From an uncultured virus (IMG/VR IMGVR_UViG_3300020048_000092) (taxonomy: Duplodnaviria; Heunggongvirae; Uroviricota; Caudoviricetes): a stretch of DNA of 64,000 nucleotides. Where the stretch lies: the IMG/VR virus record IMGVR_UViG_3300020048_000092. One strand, given 5' to 3'. The notes under the pieces are model-generated. The model saw only the letters and a list, made by a program, of their open reading frames with translations, made no database searches and had not been told where the DNA came from. This document shows, in pieces, positions 1-9,803 of the stretch (the first letter of the stretch is position 1; every line of letters begins with the position of its first letter). The translations under genes were made by a program, and so were the position numbers.

Positions 1-12
1 AGGAGAAAAATT

Positions 13-1785
13 ATGAGTAATGCAGTAATGGTAGCAGAACAAAAACAGGATAGAGCAGTGGCATCCAGCATTCGCACAATTGATGCCGCATATGGCCCCG
101 TAGCCATTATCAACGACGACCTGCTTACCCCGAAAACGGTGGGCATCATGATGGCTGCTCTTGAAGACCCGTTGTTTGAAAGTGCTGGCCATGGCCTGTT
201 CAGTATCGTTATCAGAGATGATGGACGGCCGTTCGGTGAAATCGTTCATTATGAGGGTGATGATGAACCCACATATGAGCCGTCAATCTGGCGCATTTAT
301 CCGGACCCCAAGGTTGCTGTATGCAATCTGGTCGAATGTGTGCAATCGGCCATCAGGGACACTCAGAGCGGCGCAAAACCCAAAACCGAATGCGTATCTG
401 TATATGCTGCCACCTGGAAGAACATTCTTCAGGGCTTCTTCCATGAAGCACACCATGCAAACAGATTCCTGACGGACGCCAATCTCCTGAGTGTATTGGA
501 AAATCGTCTGGCTGAAGATGTAGATGGAGAATCCATCAAGGAAGAGGCAGAAACAGCAGCATGTGCATTCGCACGTGAGATACTGTTCAAACTGGCCAAA
601 AAGATGGATATCGAGGTCGAATTCAGTGCCAAGGTAGCTACCATGGTGGATACAATGCTGATGGCTGAAATTGAGGCAATCAACGGTGATGCTGATTCAC
701 CCGACGAACTGAAGAGATGGGCAACGATTCAAACCTATCTCCGGGACAACGGTGGTGTGTATTACGACCCGAAGATTCCGGGAACAGACACCCACACCAT
801 CTGCCTCAAATCGTTCAAGTCCTTCCTGCATTTCCTTTCCAGGGATGCGGACAATGACCCGAGCTGGAATACCAAAACCGATGGTATTGTGAATGTCGGT
901 ATGGTTGCAGCTCCCTTGAATGAAGACGCCCATGGCAATTCTACACTGCCTGGAGCTCAGGTGATGAACACGTTATTTCCGGCAGCAGTTGAGGGGGTAT
1001 CATACGATGATGATGACTATACCCCGGACTATGAGTACAACGGGCCGACAACAGTGCCCGGCTTTGAAGGTGTTGCTAATTTCGTAGCCCCTGCACCTGT
1101 GGTGGTTGCACCTGCTCCTGTAACACCGACGGGTGGCATGCCGGCTTCAAATGGCTGGACAGCCCCATGGGACAAACCCGCTGCTCCCGCGGTAACTCCT
1201 AATCCCGGTGTTGTAAATCCCACATATGGGTACAATCCCAATGTGGTAGTTGGTGCCAATGCATATCAGCCGGTAGTATTACCAGCCGGGGTCAATGCGA
1301 TGGATGTGGTTTACGGATTGTATAAGAAGATATTTATGCACATCTTCCGTGATTGCAGATACAATCCCAGGAATCTGGCAATGCCGTTCGAAATGGCCGG
1401 TAATATTGCCACGCCGCTTCCGCTTGACCAGCATGAAATCCTGTTTGCCAAGGAAATGACTTGCCTCGTCAATGGGCAGAGAAGGACCGTTCCGGTACAA
1501 GGGTCCATCACCGGCCTGTTCATTGATAAAGAGTGTAGGCTTCCTGGTTATGACCTGATACTCAGTCTGGTTGACGGTACACAGGTAAAGAGACGGTTCA
1601 TTCCGCAGAATCCAACAAAAGTCAATAAGGATACTAAAGTACTATCAGCACCTGCGCTTGAAGCACAGAATGGTGCTGGTATACTCTGGATCATGGACCC
1701 GGACAATGAAAAAGGTTTTTCTGTCAGGGTGTATAACGGCATGGTTCAGAAGTCTGTTGGAAGAGACTGGGTGAATGCTCAGTAG
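13..1785 (+). CDS. Large protein with ImmA/IrrE-like zincin (HExxH) metallopeptidase region, Pro/Ala-rich linker and unknown C-terminal domain
   Basis: FFHEAHH followed about 30 aa later by EAETAACAFA, resembling the HExxH...ExxAxxFA pattern of ImmA/IrrE (M78) peptidases; AGGAG RBS at 1-5. Confidence 0.5.
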   Translation: MSNAVMVAEQKQDRAVASSIRTIDAAYGPVAIINDDLLTPKTVGIMMAALEDPLFESAGHGLFSIVIRDDGRPFGEIVHYEGDDEPTYEPSIWRIYPDPKVAVCNLVECVQSAIRDTQSGAKPKTECVSVYAATWKNILQGFFHEAHHANRFLTDANLLSVLENRLAEDVDGESIKEEAETAACAFAREILFKLAKKMDIEVEFSAKVATMVDTMLMAEIEAINGDADSPDELKRWATIQTYLRDNGGVYYDPKIPGTDTHTICLKSFKSFLHFLSRDADNDPSWNTKTDGIVNVGMVAAPLNEDAHGNSTLPGAQVMNTLFPAAVEGVSYDDDDYTPDYEYNGPTTVPGFEGVANFVAPAPVVVAPAPVTPTGGMPASNGWTAPWDKPAAPAVTPNPGVVNPTYGYNPNVVVGANAYQPVVLPAGVNAMDVVYGLYKKIFMHIFRDCRYNPRNLAMPFEMAGNIATPLPLDQHEILFAKEMTCLVNGQRRTVPVQGSITGLFIDKECRLPGYDLILSLVDGTQVKRRFIPQNPTKVNKDTKVLSAPALEAQNGAGILWIMDPDNEKGFSVRVYNGMVQKSVGRDWVNAQ

Positions 1786-2143
1786 AACCGCTGACGGAGT
1801 GGTGGTTGCCATACGTGGTAGCCACCACACCATTCTGATGAGAAGTACCAAGATTGTTGTGGACATACCAAATTCCACATTCAGACTTGGCAGTCAGTGC
1901 AGTATTGCTTTCGATCTCACGACCAATAAGATAGCACGTGTTATCAATCCGGTCGAATGGAGTGCGGATGCGTCTGTACCGATTCCTGAAACCCAAGCTG
2001 ATGTTACTCCCGAGGAAATGTCAGCATTTGAAGATTTGGAGCTGGAGTGTTCTCGGGTACAGAGTTTTGAGGATCTGGAGCTAGAGGACGAGTATGAGTA
2101 TGAAGAGTGGAGTGTTCTCGGGCAACAGAGTTTTGAGGGTTGA
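1775..2143 (+). CDS. Hypothetical protein with acidic, internally repeated C-terminus
   Basis: Overlaps upstream stop; FEDLELE repeated twice. Confidence 0.5.
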   Translation: MLSRTADGVVVAIRGSHHTILMRSTKIVVDIPNSTFRLGSQCSIAFDLTTNKIARVINPVEWSADASVPIPETQADVTPEEMSAFEDLELECSRVQSFEDLELEDEYEYEEWSVLGQQSFEG

Positions 2144-2205
2144 GGAGCTATGGGGCTCTAAGACCAAACGTATATCAATTTTTTATTATTTTAAGGAGAA
2201 ACATC

Positions 2206-3016
2206 ATGAGTAAAAAAGTATCCATTGTCAAAGCTACACTGATCGGCGTAAGAGTTGCAGGTGACCCCGTTTACACACCGGCGCACATTCCCGCAGGCGG
2301 TCAGAAGCCGAATCGTCAGATGTGTACGGTTTCGGTCGTTCAGAATGTCGGTGAAAAGAAGAATACGTACAAGCTTACTGCCTGGGGTGTCATGGCCGAT
2401 GTTGTTGCCAAATCCTGTGCTCCTGGTAAGGATCTTACGGTGTTATGCGACGTGCATGTGTATCAAGGAAGAGTTCCCATGCCGGCAGCTCCCGGTGCGC
2501 CCGTGAATTTTGTTATGAATGCGAATGGTCAGCCCTTGCTGGTTTCCAAAGTTGGATTTACCATTGAAAACATTCATTTCGGTGCGGATTCCGAACGGCA
2601 GCTTGCAGCGGAAATCCAGTGCGGGGCACGGCCCAGGTTCTGGAATGTGGTTGATCATGCCGACTATGCAGCCTGGAAATCCCTGAAAGACCAGCGCAAT
2701 GCTATCAGGTTTGCTCCCGGACTGACCAGATTCGGATATGCCATGGTGAAAACACCCAATGGTCAGATCATTGATCCTGCCACAATCAACAATTATAATG
2801 CTACTGGTACAGCGACGGTAAATCAGTATGCAGGTAATCCGGCAGCAGTTGGTGGTGGTTTTGCCATGCCGAATAGCCCGGTGGCCGCCCCGGTTCTGGT
2901 AAATGGCCAGAATATGGGATATGCCATGCCGAATGTAAATCCGGGATATGCAGCCCCCGCAGTTGTNNNNNNNNNNNNNNNNNNNNNNNNNNNNNNNNNN
3001 NNNNNNNNNNNNNTAA
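2206..3016 (+). CDS. SSB-like OB-fold protein with Pro/Ala/Asn-rich tail (3' end falls in the N-gap, end approximate)
   Basis: AAGGAG RBS then ATG 2206; YKLTAWGVMADVVAKSCAPGKDLTV resembles the SSB motif xWGxxAE...KGxxV. Confidence 0.55.
2967..3013. other. Assembly gap (N run)
   Basis: Ns in sequence. Confidence 1.
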
Positions 3017-3017
3017 G

Positions 3018-3057
3018 TTTCGGTAGGGTGCCTTTGGGTGCTCTACCGAAATTTTTT
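3018..3057 (+). terminator. Intrinsic terminator
   Basis: TTTCGGTAGGGTGCC-TTTG-GGTGCTCTACCGAAA stem (with G-U pairs) followed by TTTTTT. Confidence 0.75.
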
Positions 3058-3072
3058 CTTAGTTCTCAATGT

Positions 3073-3128
3073 TAGACCGAAAAATTTTCCTTGAGGTGCT
3101 GTTATGGATAGACCGAAAAATTTTCCTT
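3073..3128. repeat. Exact 20-bp direct repeat TAGACCGAAAAATTTTCCTT x2
   Basis: Copies at 3073-3092 and 3109-3128; degenerate CTACCGAA copies at 3043 and 3153. Confidence 0.9.
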
Positions 3129-3269
3129 TTGCTACTGCTAGGGTTTGGTTATCTACCGAATTTATTTCACTAGAAACAGAGCCTAGAGGCTTGGGGGAGG
3201 AGGATGATTAAGAACGGGGCTCGAATTTATACCTGAGAATTAAATAGGATAAGATGAGGAGGAATTAAG

Positions 3270-3458
3270 ATGAAAATTAATGGTTGGACAGATATTGTTT
3301 GTAAGTCACTTGATTGTGTATATAATGCTAACCTAGGGGAGTGTTTCTACCCTGGGGAGGTTAAACTCAATCAAAAGTGTGAGACCTACACACCACACAA
3401 AAGTTTAACAAGGGTTGGTAAAACCAACTATGGAAGTGAAATATGGAAACAAAAATAA
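3270..3458 (+). CDS. Small Cys-containing hypothetical protein
   Basis: GGAGG RBS; C-x4-C...C...C pattern. Confidence 0.5.
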   Translation: MKINGWTDIVCKSLDCVYNANLGECFYPGEVKLNQKCETYTPHKSLTRVGKTNYGSEIWKQK

Positions 3459-3510
3459 TAACCATAGAGCTTGAGGTAAAGGATCAGTTTATACCGGCAG
3501 AAGATGTTGT

Positions 3511-3864
3511 NNNNNNNNNNNNNNNNNNNNNNNNNNNNNNNNNNNNNNNNNNNNNNNNNNNNNNNNNNNNNNNNNNNNNNNNNNNNNNNNNNNNNNNNNN
3601 NNNNNNNNNNNNNNNNNNNNNNNNNNNNNNNNNNNNNNNNNNNNNNNNNNNNNNNNNNNNNNNNNNNNNNNNNNNNNNNNNNNNNNNNNNNNNNNNNNNN
3701 NNNNNNNNNNNNNNNNNNNNNNNNNNNNNNNNNNNNNNNNNNNNNNNNNNNNNNNNNNNNNNNNNNNNNNNNNNNNNNNNNNNNNNNNNNNNNNNNNNNN
3801 NNNNNNNNNNNNNNNNNNNNNNNNNNNNNNNNNNNNNNNNNNNNNNNNNNNNNNNNNNNNNNNN
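3511..3864. other. Assembly gap (N run)
   Basis: Ns in sequence. Confidence 1.
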
Positions 3865-4085
3865 CTGGTATGGCCAGTACTACTATTATTAATACTATTT
3901 AAGTATCTTTTTACCGACTTTATTTTCAAGTTCATGTCGAAAGTAACCAATATGGTACCGCATGTAACAGTCAAAGTAGAAAAAGGAAAAAGCGGGGAGA
4001 AGAAGCCTGAACCAATGCATTGCACAGATGCAGTACCACTGAGTGAAGAAGAGATACATGGGCGTATGTATGCGGATGATGGAGT

Positions 4086-4541
4086 TTAAACATCTTCCTC
4101 ATTATATTTATTACTAAGATAAAGAAGAAAACCAAATTCTATAAGTTTAGCAATAGCTGTAGAAGTATTAACACCATGAACATGACAATAGTGGGTTATA
4201 TATTCTTGAGTCTCAATAGGAGCCCTAAATGCTATTAATTTAGTTTTTGTATTAGGGCTCCTAATACCACTAACACCTATAATGTTATATCCGTCCTCAC
4301 CAAATGTATTTCTCTTTAACATTTCAGAGCCTTCATAACTTCTGAGCGTAGCAGTATTGTCACTAGTAAATACTACTTCATAACTAAAACTTTCCCATCC
4401 ATGTTCTCTGATAGCTACATGAAGTGGTGAATTAGTATTAGCTAATTGATGTTCTTTTATTCGTTGCTCTAAAGGTCTTATAGTAGATCCGACATATTGT
4501 TTACCATTCAAATTGTTTTTAATTACATATACTACACCCAT
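4086..4541 (-). CDS. GIY-YIG endonuclease domain fused to a C-terminal ribbon-helix-helix-like domain
   Basis: GVVYVIKN..NGKQYVGST..LEQRIKEH..HGWESF..E motif; C-terminal LIAFRAP..helix..GVNTSTAIAKLI resembles Arc/CopG RHH; GGAGG RBS on minus strand. Confidence 0.75.
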   Translation of the reverse strand: MGVVYVIKNNLNGKQYVGSTIRPLEQRIKEHQLANTNSPLHVAIREHGWESFSYEVVFTSDNTATLRSYEGSEMLKRNTFGEDGYNIIGVSGIRSPNTKTKLIAFRAPIETQEYITHYCHVHGVNTSTAIAKLIEFGFLLYLSNKYNEEDV

Positions 4542-4553
4542 GAATCCTCCAAA

Positions 4554-4617
4554 TTTTGTATAACACTATTTTGTATAACACTATTTTGTATAACACTATT
4601 TTGTATAACACTATTTT
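4554..4617. repeat. Tandem array of four perfect 15-bp units TTTTGTATAACACTA
   Basis: Units at 4554, 4569, 4584, 4599 in the divergent intergenic region. Confidence 0.95.
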
Positions 4618-4657
4618 ACTATATATAATATAATCATTAAATAGGAGATGTCAAGAG

Positions 4658-4978
4658 ATGATGCAAGAAATACCTATGAGTGGTACTGGATCGGTACTAC
4701 TGATGGTAGTATTAATACTACTATTCTTATTGGGAGCACTACCTATACTATACTACCACGGTGGATGGGGTATGGAAGACGATGATGAATGGGAATGGGA
4801 TGGTAGAACATGGGTGAAGGCTCCACCCGAACCACCACCTACTATATGTACCTTCTATAGTGCTGGTATGAAGGTAGCTATTGACGAAATACTTAAACCA
4901 GCTATCAATATTATCGAAATAGGCACGAAATCGACCGAAATCGACGTAGAGCCATTGAAAAATACGCAAAATTCATAA
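4658..4978 (+). CDS. Hypothetical membrane protein
   Basis: AGGAG RBS; one hydrophobic N-terminal helix. Confidence 0.5.
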   Translation: MMQEIPMSGTGSVLLMVVLILLFLLGALPILYYHGGWGMEDDDEWEWDGRTWVKAPPEPPPTICTFYSAGMKVAIDEILKPAINIIEIGTKSTEIDVEPLKNTQNS

Positions 4979-5022
4979 AACAACACAAAATATAACGAAA
5001 ATAATAATAAAAAGAGGTAAAA

Positions 5023-6228
5023 ATGACCAAAATCGACGTTTCTGACCTATTAATTCGAGTAATTCTCAATAGAACTCATTATGATAGACCTACCAAACAG
5101 CACCCATTTGACATGGAAGGTACTGTATTACATATACTACCACATGAGGATAGGGTACGTGAGCTAATTGCACAAGGTGGATTGATAGATATACTATGTA
5201 ATCCTGATGTAGACTCAGATATGGCTGTTATTATGGTGCGTTGGGACAATGACCAGAGGACGTATGTCTATGCTGGTAGCCTAATTTTCCGCCGGGGGCT
5301 GGTAAGCATTTGCAATTCATTATGGGAAAGCTCTGGTATAGTAATGGATCATAGACCTACGGACCAGCTAATGCCCGATACTGGTGGTGTAAGTCCTAAA
5401 TCTACATTACCGAAAAAGTTTACAGGAGGATTAATATACAGTGATCCTAAGTTTGTGCCCAACGATGGTAAATGGCATCCATGCTATGCTAATAAGACAT
5501 CTAATATTTTAGGCCGGGCTATGGCCTATCCAGGCGGCAATGTAGAATTTGTTGCTGAAAGTAAAAAAGATAGATACACAAAAGACTGGTATCAAACTAA
5601 ATTTGGCAGCAAAGATGAGTACAACGCAGTCAAAACAGGAAGAATCAAACCTAGAAAGGCATCTACAAGTCTTGAATCTTACGCAATAGAAGTAATAGGA
5701 CAAGAAGATATTGTAGCATATACCAGAAATGACACACCAGAAGCAATGGGTCAAATTAGTTTTACCGGAATGGAAGAACGAGTTATTTCCAGTATAGAAG
5801 ACCCAGCTTCCCCAAAGCTATGGAGAGAGGTAACCGAAGATATAGAAAATATTAATGATGGCAGAAAGCTTATACATGAATGGGGTGGTAGAAATCCATC
5901 CAAAGAACCAGGAATTGTCATGTATGAACAAAAACAAACTCCAAGCAATAGTGGCTATAAATACTACACGGAGAAGACTAAAGCAGAGGTAGCAAGTATC
6001 TTTGAAAACAAAATTTCGGATATGGTTGCTAGTTATACTTGTTTTGTGGAGACGGATGATATGGGTACTGTAAGTAATACTACTACTATTGGTACTGGTC
6101 TAAGTGATACTACTATTATAGAAGATAAAACTATAGAGGTGCCAATACCTGTACCAGAACCCAACAATCTACATGATGTATACCAAAGCATAAATTATGA
6201 TGATGACTATGATGAGGATGAAGATTAA
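5023..6228 (+). CDS. Hypothetical protein; N-terminal SH3-like (VxWDN) domain followed by internal CNSLW, acidic tail
   Basis: EGTV...MVRWDNDQRTY resembles paralogs at 10681-12462; GAGG RBS. Confidence 0.55.
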   Translation: MTKIDVSDLLIRVILNRTHYDRPTKQHPFDMEGTVLHILPHEDRVRELIAQGGLIDILCNPDVDSDMAVIMVRWDNDQRTYVYAGSLIFRRGLVSICNSLWESSGIVMDHRPTDQLMPDTGGVSPKSTLPKKFTGGLIYSDPKFVPNDGKWHPCYANKTSNILGRAMAYPGGNVEFVAESKKDRYTKDWYQTKFGSKDEYNAVKTGRIKPRKASTSLESYAIEVIGQEDIVAYTRNDTPEAMGQISFTGMEERVISSIEDPASPKLWREVTEDIENINDGRKLIHEWGGRNPSKEPGIVMYEQKQTPSNSGYKYYTEKTKAEVASIFENKISDMVASYTCFVETDDMGTVSNTTTIGTGLSDTTIIEDKTIEVPIPVPEPNNLHDVYQSINYDDDYDEDED

Positions 6229-6324
6229 AAACCATGGCAAAAATATGTCGCTCGATCATAAAATTATCGAAAGCGATCGAAGTGTGTCGAAGCGGCACCC
6301 TGGTTAGTGTACAAATATCTGTTT

Positions 6325-6493
6325 TAATGTATAACACTATATTATAATTTAATGTATAACATTAAAATAGTAGTATTAATTCTGGTAGTATTTTGTAGTA
6401 GTATTAACTCTGGTAGTAGTATTAATTCTGGTAGTATTAATTCTGGTAGTATTAAATCCAGTAGTATTCCGTAGTATTAAATCCAGTAGTACT
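6325..6493. repeat. AT-rich intergenic repeat block: 2x TAATGTATAACA, 8x GTAGTATT plus one GTAGTACT
   Basis: TAATGTATAACA at 6325 and 6350; GTAGTATT at 6370, 6385, 6398, 6416, 6431, 6446, 6461, 6471; variant at 6486. Confidence 0.9.
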
Positions 6494-6510
6494 TAACAAG
6501 GAGAAAGCTT

Positions 6511-6825
6511 ATGAAGAGTTTAAATGGGTTAACGTTTATTGTAGGATACTGTGCGTTAGTATACCTTGCTGTGTTTGAGCATATTGCTGGTGCTGTTAAC
6601 ATGTTGGTGTTTACCACATGGCTTGCTGTTATTATGGCTGTTGTTATATCTATCAATGAGAACTTAAATAAAGGTAAGAGGTGTACAATATCTATTGGTG
6701 TGAATAAAGATAAACCAATTTTGATTGTGTTATACAGTATTATTATATATGTTTTAATTTGGAATGGGTTTTGGGGTTGTGGTGTTGGGTTTCTTATGTA
6801 TGCTCTTCTATCCAATAATAAATAA
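6511..6825 (+). CDS. Hypothetical multi-pass membrane protein
   Basis: AAGGAG RBS; several hydrophobic segments. Confidence 0.6.
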   Translation: MKSLNGLTFIVGYCALVYLAVFEHIAGAVNMLVFTTWLAVIMAVVISINENLNKGKRCTISIGVNKDKPILIVLYSIIIYVLIWNGFWGCGVGFLMYALLSNNK

Positions 6826-6880
6826 CCAATGAGCCGTGTTTGGCCCGGGCGAAAAAAATGCTTTAAAGAAGGAGATTACC

Positions 6881-7192
6881 ATGCTTAGAACAATAAGAAT
6901 ACCAGCCAGAAACATACCCGTATTCATACAAAACATAGGTTTAGTTGTACCTGATCTCATAGAAAGATGTTCTGTTAGGTATCCTGTAATCAGATCAGAT
7001 CTGAAAAGATGTTTCAATGAATTAGTTACATCTGTATCAGAATATAAAGTACAGCTTTTCTTTCAGCGTGAAGGCTTCTACGTAAACCCTGATGAACATG
7101 TTATTATACAGTATTATTCAGCAGTGCTTACAAGAAAGTGGTCATACAAAACTGTAGAACCAGAAAAAATTGGATGTGTGAGTATATGGTAA
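6881..7192 (+). CDS. SIW-tail protein (ends CVSIW)
   Basis: AAGGAG RBS before ATG 6881; similar to next ORF (TIR..I..F....G). Confidence 0.7.
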   Translation: MLRTIRIPARNIPVFIQNIGLVVPDLIERCSVRYPVIRSDLKRCFNELVTSVSEYKVQLFFQREGFYVNPDEHVIIQYYSAVLTRKWSYKTVEPEKIGCVSIW

Positions 7193-7479
7193 TAAAATTA
7201 GTAAGTCAAACAATAAGAGTAACTGAAATAATGGCGTTCTTGAATGATAATGGCTTTCTAGCCCCAGAGATATTAGTCAATGTTCGAAAGCCCATAGATA
7301 GAAAGATCATAACAAGAGAGCTCTATAACATAAAAGATAGTAATGATGAGAGATTTATTCGTAGTATTATATTTAGTAGTGATTCTATTGAAATAAAACC
7401 ATTGGATTTTATACTGATTAATACTATGCAGACTACTGATAAAGAGTGTAGCAAATCAGAGTGTAAGAGTATATGGTAA
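7186..7479 (+). CDS. SIW-tail protein (ends CKSIW)
   Basis: ATG lies inside the ATA-TGG codons of the upstream SIW tail. Confidence 0.7.
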   Translation: MVIKLVSQTIRVTEIMAFLNDNGFLAPEILVNVRKPIDRKIITRELYNIKDSNDERFIRSIIFSSDSIEIKPLDFILINTMQTTDKECSKSECKSIW

Positions 7480-8976
7480 GGAGAAATTATGGTAAATAAG
7501 AGTATTACAATTACAAAGAAAGACAATGTCATCGACTATAGGCTATACGAAGTAACGTTAGAATTAAAGAGGGTAAGTAATCCTCTTTTCGATGAGCATT
7601 CAATTGAACATAAGGTTATTCATGTGGTAGCTAAAGATATAGATACTATGGTTGATAGTGCAATCAATTGTGGTTGGGGAAGTTTATTACCTGGAGAATC
7701 TACTCCTCGGGATATTAGAGTAGCATCATATAGAGTTATACCATTTATCATCTAACAAGGTGCCTATTTGGCGCCGAAAAAACTTTTTAACTGGGAGAAA
7801 AAACAATGAAAACACAGATGATTGAAGATTTTGATTGCGATGGGCTATTTACTAAATCAACTAAACTTTCCGAGCCGATTGATGTTGAAATCATCGGGGT
7901 GAAGCTTCCTGTAGATCCAGGAATGGTTGTAGTGAAAGTAAATGATATGGTCAAAGAGGTTCCTACATTTACTCTGGTAAGTTGCCCGAAGATAGATTTT
8001 GCGAGCATGCTAACTGAAGAGCAAAAGAAACAAAGGGAGGCGCTTGGATTCTTGATGGTTTCAAGGGTTGGAACAGAAGAAATTCTTCCAATAAATGAAT
8101 GCCCTGTTGCGACCGATGCAACTTTGTTGTTGTCATTGATTGGATAATAACTTAAATCCATTTAAAAACCATTTTTATAACTTTTTAAGCAAATAATATT
8201 ATTCAATGAATAGTAGTACTTACACAACAGTACCGAATTCTTTTGCTAAACCCTTTGTTTACAACGGTTTCAGGCACTGAAAAAGGACTGTAATAAATAA
8301 GTGTAATTTATCGCTATTTAGGCATAAAAATATAAACAAGAATGCTGGTATTACAGCATTACAAGAATAAGGAGTTATCATGAATAAATATTATATTCCA
8401 AGTCCGGGCGCTGTGGTTGAATTAAAGTCAATTTCTGGACATGATTACAATGTTGATTTTAACACAGTTCTGGTTAAAAAAGTAAAACCGGATAACTACG
8501 GAGGAATTCTATTTTCCTATAATGATCGGGACAATAAAGAGCATTGGGTTAATGTATGCAATATAGATATGGTACACATGCATGGTAAGACTGGAAGAAA
8601 ACTGAATATTTATCAACTACCTCTGGAACAAAATATCATGTGCGCTTCAGCACTTAAATGTTCCAAATCATCTTACCATGGATCTTTACTGAACATAGTA
8701 GCTTACTGTTTAAGCAAAGTGGATGGTAATATCACATCACCTATTGACCAAGACAAATTATCATGGTTATTTCATAAAGCCTGGAGACTTCGACCGGCCG
8801 GATATTTTATTCTGAATAAAAAGAAAATCAGAAAGTGGGTGGCCAAAAACTATAGCAAGTTTCTTACAGACAAGAAGTTGCTGAAAGAAGAACAAAGTGA
8901 TTTCAGAAATATCTATGCCAAACAATACTGGGAAGATGTGGAACGAGATCGCACAAATGATTATTGGGGATGAAAA

Positions 8977-9303
8977 ATGGGTAATCCCAAAGGAAGACCG
9001 AAAGGCTACAGGTTAAGTGCTGAATCAATAGCAAAGATCAGTGCTACTAAGACTGGGTATATACATACAGAGGAGACCAAAGCGAAGATATCTATTAGTG
9101 TATCTGAATATTTTGATAACAATCCTACACCTAGTATGTTAGAGAAAGATTCACGTCTTATGTGTATGGGCAAATCTGAAGTTAGTAGAGCTCTAAATCT
9201 TATGAACTTTTGGCATGAAAATGTAGAACTTAGACAAATGCTATCAGATAGAATGAGAGCTTGGCACGCTACCAAAAAATCAATAGGAGAATTAACAGCA
9301 TGA
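8977..9303 (+). CDS. NUMOD3-motif DNA-binding protein without an evident nuclease domain
   Basis: GYRLSAESIAKIS and GYIHTEETKAKIS match the NUMOD3 pattern. Confidence 0.6.
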   Translation: MGNPKGRPKGYRLSAESIAKISATKTGYIHTEETKAKISISVSEYFDNNPTPSMLEKDSRLMCMGKSEVSRALNLMNFWHENVELRQMLSDRMRAWHATKKSIGELTA

Positions 9304-9581
9304 AAAAATTTATTATTACATCGCTTATGTTAACGATGTTGTGTTTAGCATCTTGCACTATGGCCAGTTGGGTAAACTTTAATGAAGATCATATAGTAGA
9401 ATTTAAAATTATAGGATCTGACGGTACAAAGTATAAATTAATGTCAGCGCGTAATAGACCGGTTGTTATTTATGCCCAGGAAAATCTCGCTAACGTAGGT
9501 GATATTATAAGATATGAGAATGGACATATAGTAGTTATTAAAAAGGATGCAAAGCCTGAAGTTAATCACACAAACGAATGA
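9300..9581 (+). CDS. Putative lipoprotein
   Basis: MKKF + hydrophobic core + lipobox LASC. Confidence 0.6.
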   Translation: MKKFIITSLMLTMLCLASCTMASWVNFNEDHIVEFKIIGSDGTKYKLMSARNRPVVIYAQENLANVGDIIRYENGHIVVIKKDAKPEVNHTNE

Positions 9582-9590
9582 GGAAATATT

Positions 9591-9803
9591 ATGAGAGAAT
9601 GTAGCAATTGTGGTATTAGTAAGAATGATGCTCTAACACATTGTCCGATGTGTGGTATGTCAATGTCCTATCTACCTGATGACGGGTCTATACCAGATTG
9701 TGAACCGTTATATAGTAATACATTGACAGAGATAGAGAAAATACGCGCTTTCTCAAAAAAGAAATCCAAGGGGTGGCCTTTCAACAATTTTCAATACGCA
9801 TAA
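9591..9803 (+). CDS. Small zinc-ribbon protein
   Basis: CSNC...CPMC. Confidence 0.6.
   Translation: MRECSNCGISKNDALTHCPMCGMSMSYLPDDGSIPDCEPLYSNTLTEIEKIRAFSKKKSKGWPFNNFQYA

Noticed and set aside
3443..4025. ORFs spanning the N-gap
   Set aside because: Mostly X residues; frame and length cannot be determined.
4554..6493. CRISPR array interpretation of the repeat blocks
   Set aside because: Units are 8-20 bp, adjacent or nearly so, with no unique ~30-bp spacers and no cas genes.
8148..8379. Long AT-rich intergenic region as ncRNA or defined promoter
   Set aside because: Only weak inverted repeats are visible; no specific element could be supported by eye.
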